From Bugula neritina (lineage: Eukaryota > Animalia > Bryozoa): a DNA stretch of 64,000 bases. This document shows positions 60,101 through 64,000 of the stretch, piece after piece. Numbering within the stretch: the first letter of the stretch is position 1; every line of letters starts with the position of its first letter. Location: positions 6,663,751-6,727,750 of the forward strand of contig OZ037773.1 in assembly GCA_964035545.1 (NCBI GenBank), read 5' to 3'. The notes beneath the pieces are model-generated. The model did no database searches. It was not told where the DNA came from and worked only from the letters and a program-made list of their open reading frames with translations. The position numbers were made by a program, and so were the translations under genes.

Positions 60101-63100
60101 TAGCTTTGTAATGGTAGAATGAGTAATTTCCCCAAAGTTTCTAACAAAAAACTATCTTTTTCATGGCTTGATTGTAAGCAAAAATATATACGTTACTTTT
60201 GCACTAGTATAAAGTAAACTGGAGCATTTTCAAAGTCATGCTTGTCAAAGAATATATTTTGTAAAATCTGATCTTGTTAACTAAAAACCACTTGTTCAAC
60301 TTATTACCACCTGACATACACCATACCTGCTAGCACATGACACACCTGTCACACTACTATCACCTGACATACACCATACCTGCTAGCACATGACACACCT
60401 GTCACACTGACAAAGTATTTGCAACGAGCTCAGACATAAATGCTGTTTTACTAGATATCTGCCATAATAGAAAGGGCATTTGAGTATGAAACTGGCTGTA
60501 CTGAGTGTTTTGTAACAAATCACAAGAAACAAAATTTACCTTTTTAAACTCTTCTTCTGTGAATTCTGTATTAGTAGTCAGAACTTCTTGCAGAGTTTGC
60601 TTTGCTCTAAAATAAAACATCTCAGCTTATGAAACGTGTAGCTGCAGACCCACATTGCTGCAGTCTACGAATTGTATAAACCACAAATATAAAAACTAAA
60701 ACTACACGGGCCATAATTATGCGAACCATACATCAGTCAATTTAAAACATTTCTTGCTTTTTTAATACAACGCATCCCTGTAATATAATAAGAAAATAAC
60801 TCCTTTACTACAATTAGGATAATTAAATACCGGTTAATGCGTGCAGAGAAAAACCTATACTGTCCAAAGTGTCCTACATCATTTAGCACTTCTATACAAA
60901 AAGTGAAATTCACTGGAGCTACACGTGAAACTATTTGTATCAGGGAAAATTGAATGATACCTTTATAATATTTGGAATATTTTTGTCATTCTAAATTGTA
61001 AAACATACTTTTACATTGTATACCATGTGAGTTGAAATCAGCAAATTTCAAGCTTTCTAAAGACAAGCATAACATTGAGTAACAGAGGGCAGGCAGCTAA
61101 CTTAAAACTTAACGAGGCGGCACAGAGGAAACAGCCTGACCTCTAGTGCTACTGACTACAGAACCATACATACTGTTGTTGAAGAGGTTGAGCCTCGTCT
61201 GCGTTGTCAAGCAGTCCATTAGTGTGAGTTCCAGACTTCACCATCTGCACCAGAATAGGGGTGAGCTCACCTTCCAGCGCGAGGAACCCTTTGGCAAATG
61301 CAGCGGCAGTCATCTGAACCCGCCCCTCATCCGACGCATAAATCTAAGATAGAAATGGTGATCTTTTAGCACAACCGCTGAGCCGTTAATTACTTAACAG
61401 AAAATTCTAAATGGTAGCTGAAATAAATTCAAATACAGACAAACAAAACAAAACCCACTCACTCAGACAAACTAAAAAAAACTAAGATGAGTTAATTTCA
61501 ATTCGGCCGCCAATAGATAATATGCTGACAGCTTCCTCAAAAAAGAATTTCAGAATAAATAACCAATACAGCTGTCAATGAAAAACTGATTGTATCAATC
61601 TTGCACTTAGAGGGTTGTATGTGAATTCATGTCACATACTTTGAGATCGTGTCTGTAAGTAGAGTGTAGTCTGAGCAGTCCTAGTCCAGGAGTTTCACCG
61701 TAGGTAGGATACATGCACCTGAAGGCTTTACCTAGTTCCTCTGCCTGCGTCTTCCCAGCAGGAGTTAGCTCCCCTCCCCACTTGAGAATCAGCACAAGTG
61801 ACGCGTCTCTCTCGGCTACAAGTAATAACAGAGCACTGTGGCTAATAATGCGGGTAATGCTAGTTGCCATGTAAGAGTTATCTTATCTCGATCAGATAAT
61901 GTTCTATTACAAGTCATTTTGATGCTGAGAATAGGCACAGAGGCGTTGTGTGAAAAGCTTCTGCTACTTTATACTATTTCCCTGTTTCATGATTACTTAG
62001 TTTTGGCAACTTCATTCAAACCTCTAGAGATCAAGCAGGTTAAAAATTACACGTTAAAAGGATGTGATTTCCTTCAAGTTAGAAATTATAAAACTGATTA
62101 CAAGGTTTGAAGGGAAAGAATTGGATAAGCCTACTGTATCCTATTCCAGCTTTCACTACAACCAAATCTATTGGATGTTATACCAAGTCACCTCTGGGTT
62201 TCTATTATCATTAAAGTAAACAGCAGGTCATGCAAATGCTGAACTTGACTAAAACTTACCTTCGTCAGCGCTGCTAGCATTTTGAAATCCGTGTGGCTGA
62301 TACTTCATCTGTATTTTACGGTTTATACCAGAAAAGTGTCCATACCTGGAAATTATAACAGAGGTAACTACAAATATTGACATTTTAGGCTAACACTTGA
62401 TACGTTATACAGATTGAGAGTTACTCAAACTGTCTAGGATACAGCTTTGGGCGCAAGAAATGAAGTCAGTAGACTGCCATACCTATACTGTACCTGAAAA
62501 TTGAATTTATTTATTTCTGTTCTAAACATTTATTATGGTGCAAAAAAATCTCAATATTTTGATGATACGAACGAGAGCTAAGCGGCTTTTTTGTGTCAAG
62601 GTGAGATAAAAGCAACAACTGTTTTTACATTTACTTAGTCGTTAAAGTTTACAATACTATTCAACAACTTGATTGAATTATGTAGAGTGGTTGGTTGTTG
62701 AACTTATTTATACCTAATAAATTACTATTTAGTCTAATACTCAGAAAAACTAGTTGCAATGATCATATAACATAGGGCTCACAACTCCACAGTAAGAAAC
62801 AAACTTTATGCAGAAACCCCTCCCCCCGACTTACATCTCGAGAACAAATTTGAGTTGTATGAGTTTGGTTTTCTTCTCTTCGAGTTGTGGCGGAGCGCTG
62901 TGCGAGTCAATCTCGTCAAGAAGAGATCTTGCGATATCCAGTATTTCTTGCAACTGTAACAGACAGACATTTGATAAACACAAAATGGTATCACAACTCA
63001 CAAAGCAGGACTATAGCTATTAGGAACTTTCCAGAATATTTTACAGAAAGTACGAATGGTTACTCACACAGACTTTACGTATCAATTTCATAATTAGACT

Positions 63101-63321
63101 CGACAACTTTTATTTAAAGAAAAGAACTAAAATTTTTATCAATAACTGATAGTTGAGAAAGCAATTGAAAACACCAAACGTATCTTTCACAATATTAAAA
63201 TATCACGAGGCAATAGAGACGCTAGATCTAAGGAGTTGTCTGCACACAAACCTGAGTGGGATGTTTCAACTTTAATTGTCCTGTCCTATGCCCACCGTAT
63301 TTCTCAAATAACTCAAAAAAC
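47231..63321 (-). CDS. PPIP5K: Inositol hexakisphosphate/diphosphoinositol-pentakisphosphate kinase (PPIP5K/VIP1): histidine-phosphatase-like domain and C-terminal tail; the 5' part lies beyond the right edge
   Basis: Exons 63321-63252 ([12 protein letters not shown]), 62953-62835, 62345-62260 ([12 protein letters not shown]), 61815-61640 ([13 protein letters not shown]...[13 protein letters not shown]), 61343-61174 ([19 protein letters not shown]), 60606-60540, 60006-59865, 59441-59358, 59159-59017 ([13 protein letters not shown]), 58503-58373, 55548-55391 ([18 protein letters not shown]), 55043-54982, 54554-54360 ([11 protein letters not shown]), 53808-53728, 53082-52986, 52897-52865, two less certain exons at ~51817-51743 and ~51535-51439, ~51008-50875 (SRSAPDL), 50213-50043 (PLETLHNSL), 49190-49095 and 47394-47231. 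Tail exons are less certain than the catalytic ones. Confidence 0.95.
48808..49020 (+). mobile_element. tRNA-derived SINE in a PPIP5K intron
   Basis: A box TGGTCTAGGGG, CTAGTAA loop and B box GGTTCAATCCC, with no proper acceptor stem. Body shared with the 16503-16642 copy. Flanked by CATATGCTAGGATTACA and CATATGCTAAGGTTACA (possible TSD, or units of the local repeat). Confidence 0.85.
49829..49988. repeat. 9-bp tandem repeat (TAYACACAG/TATACACAA)
   Basis: About 17 units; gives the VYT/VCT run in ORF 49810..50226. Confidence 0.9.
52058..52168. repeat. (GAGT)n tetranucleotide microsatellite
   Basis: Imperfect GAGT run in a PPIP5K intron. Confidence 0.9.
54115..54192. repeat. (TA)n microsatellite followed by degenerate AT-rich repeats
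   Basis: About 39 TA units. Confidence 0.95.
57500..57645. repeat. Degenerate ~24-bp tandem repeat (AGTATTGTAACAAGTAACTCACTT-like)
   Basis: 5-6 decaying copies in the long PPIP5K intron. Confidence 0.7.
60309..60408. repeat. ~53-bp perfect tandem duplication
   Basis: CACCTGACATACACCATACCTGCTAGCACATGACACACCTGTCACACT occurs twice. Confidence 0.85.
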
Positions 63322-63769
63322 CTAAAATAAAGAGAGAACTAAAGCTAAAGCCACTTGCTGGGTGGTTGGTACTGAGTTACAGCAGCTGATGAGTAACTGA
63401 TAGACTGCCAAACAATTTGAATTCCTATTTGTGATAAGTCTGTAAACTCTACAATGTAAAGTTTAATCAGTCAAACAATACAAAAATTTGCATAAATAAA
63501 ATGATTGAAGATTAGAAAACAATAATACAAAAGTATCTTGAACATGATTGTAGATGTTTACAGGAATACATGGATAAAGTAAGTGAATGTGAAATGTGTT
63601 TGGTTATAGCTGTACAGAGATTTTGTCTCAATGTAATTATATTCCAGATTATAGGAGTTGTCTGCTATTGAGATAAGAAAACTGATGCAGATTCATTGGA
63701 ATTAGCCTCTCATTCTAAGCTTAAAGCTAATTTAGATGGACTGTTATTATTAAGGTTGAAACACAAATT

Positions 63770-63806
<37 letters not shown>

Positions 63807-63827
63807 CGTGTGGGTGTGTGTGTGTGT
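63770..63827. repeat. Short imperfect (TG)n microsatellite
   Basis: About 28 units with CG/GG interruptions. Confidence 0.9.
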
Positions 63828-64000
63828 TAAGGCAACTGATTTCACATCAAAAAAGAACTAAGAAATGTGAAAGTCACTTTATTTAAAGAATTTGTTTAAA
63901 TTTAAAACAGTTAATTATATTTTTGTCAAGAAAATTTATTGTTTATTTTGAGAGATCAGCAAAAATCTCGGTCAAAATTTGATCTTGGCAACATCAAGAA

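Overview
AT-rich, intron-rich eukaryotic DNA, most consistent with an invertebrate animal (GT-AG introns, tRNA-derived SINEs, a MITE, many micro- and minisatellites). The species cannot be determined from this window. Splicing by hand with phase checks gave six protein-coding loci. (1) The 5' part of a minus-strand gene with a Ser/Pro-rich N-terminus and possibly the start of an MBD domain, running off the left edge. (2) A TATA-driven 73-aa secreted Gly/Tyr/Arg-rich peptide (11.7-12.2 kb, +). (3) A ~586-aa atlastin-type (GB1/RHD3) GTPase with no transmembrane hairpin, ending in a coiled-coil-like tail and a CaaX box, CKVM (20.7-31.2 kb, -). (4) A complete 14-exon MUS81 (32.5-39.2 kb, -). (5) A 469-aa evectin/PLEKHB-like PH-domain protein with PPxY, YPQQQ and GGYDQ repeats (40.6-45.2 kb, +). 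(6) The 3' part of PPIP5K/VIP1 (47.2 kb to the right edge, -). The most striking structure is a pair of pure, oppositely oriented giant microsatellites, (AC)759 and (GT)586, that bracket exactly the P-loop and switch-I exons of the GTPase gene. They could form a >1.1 kb intramolecular dsRNA stem. Also notable: a Harbinger-type MITE at the end of a GTPase exon, 6-bp-periodic A(G/C)T tracts at the 5' ends of two genes, and repeated duplication of splice-donor junctions. Most long ORFs in the supplied track are repeat artefacts.
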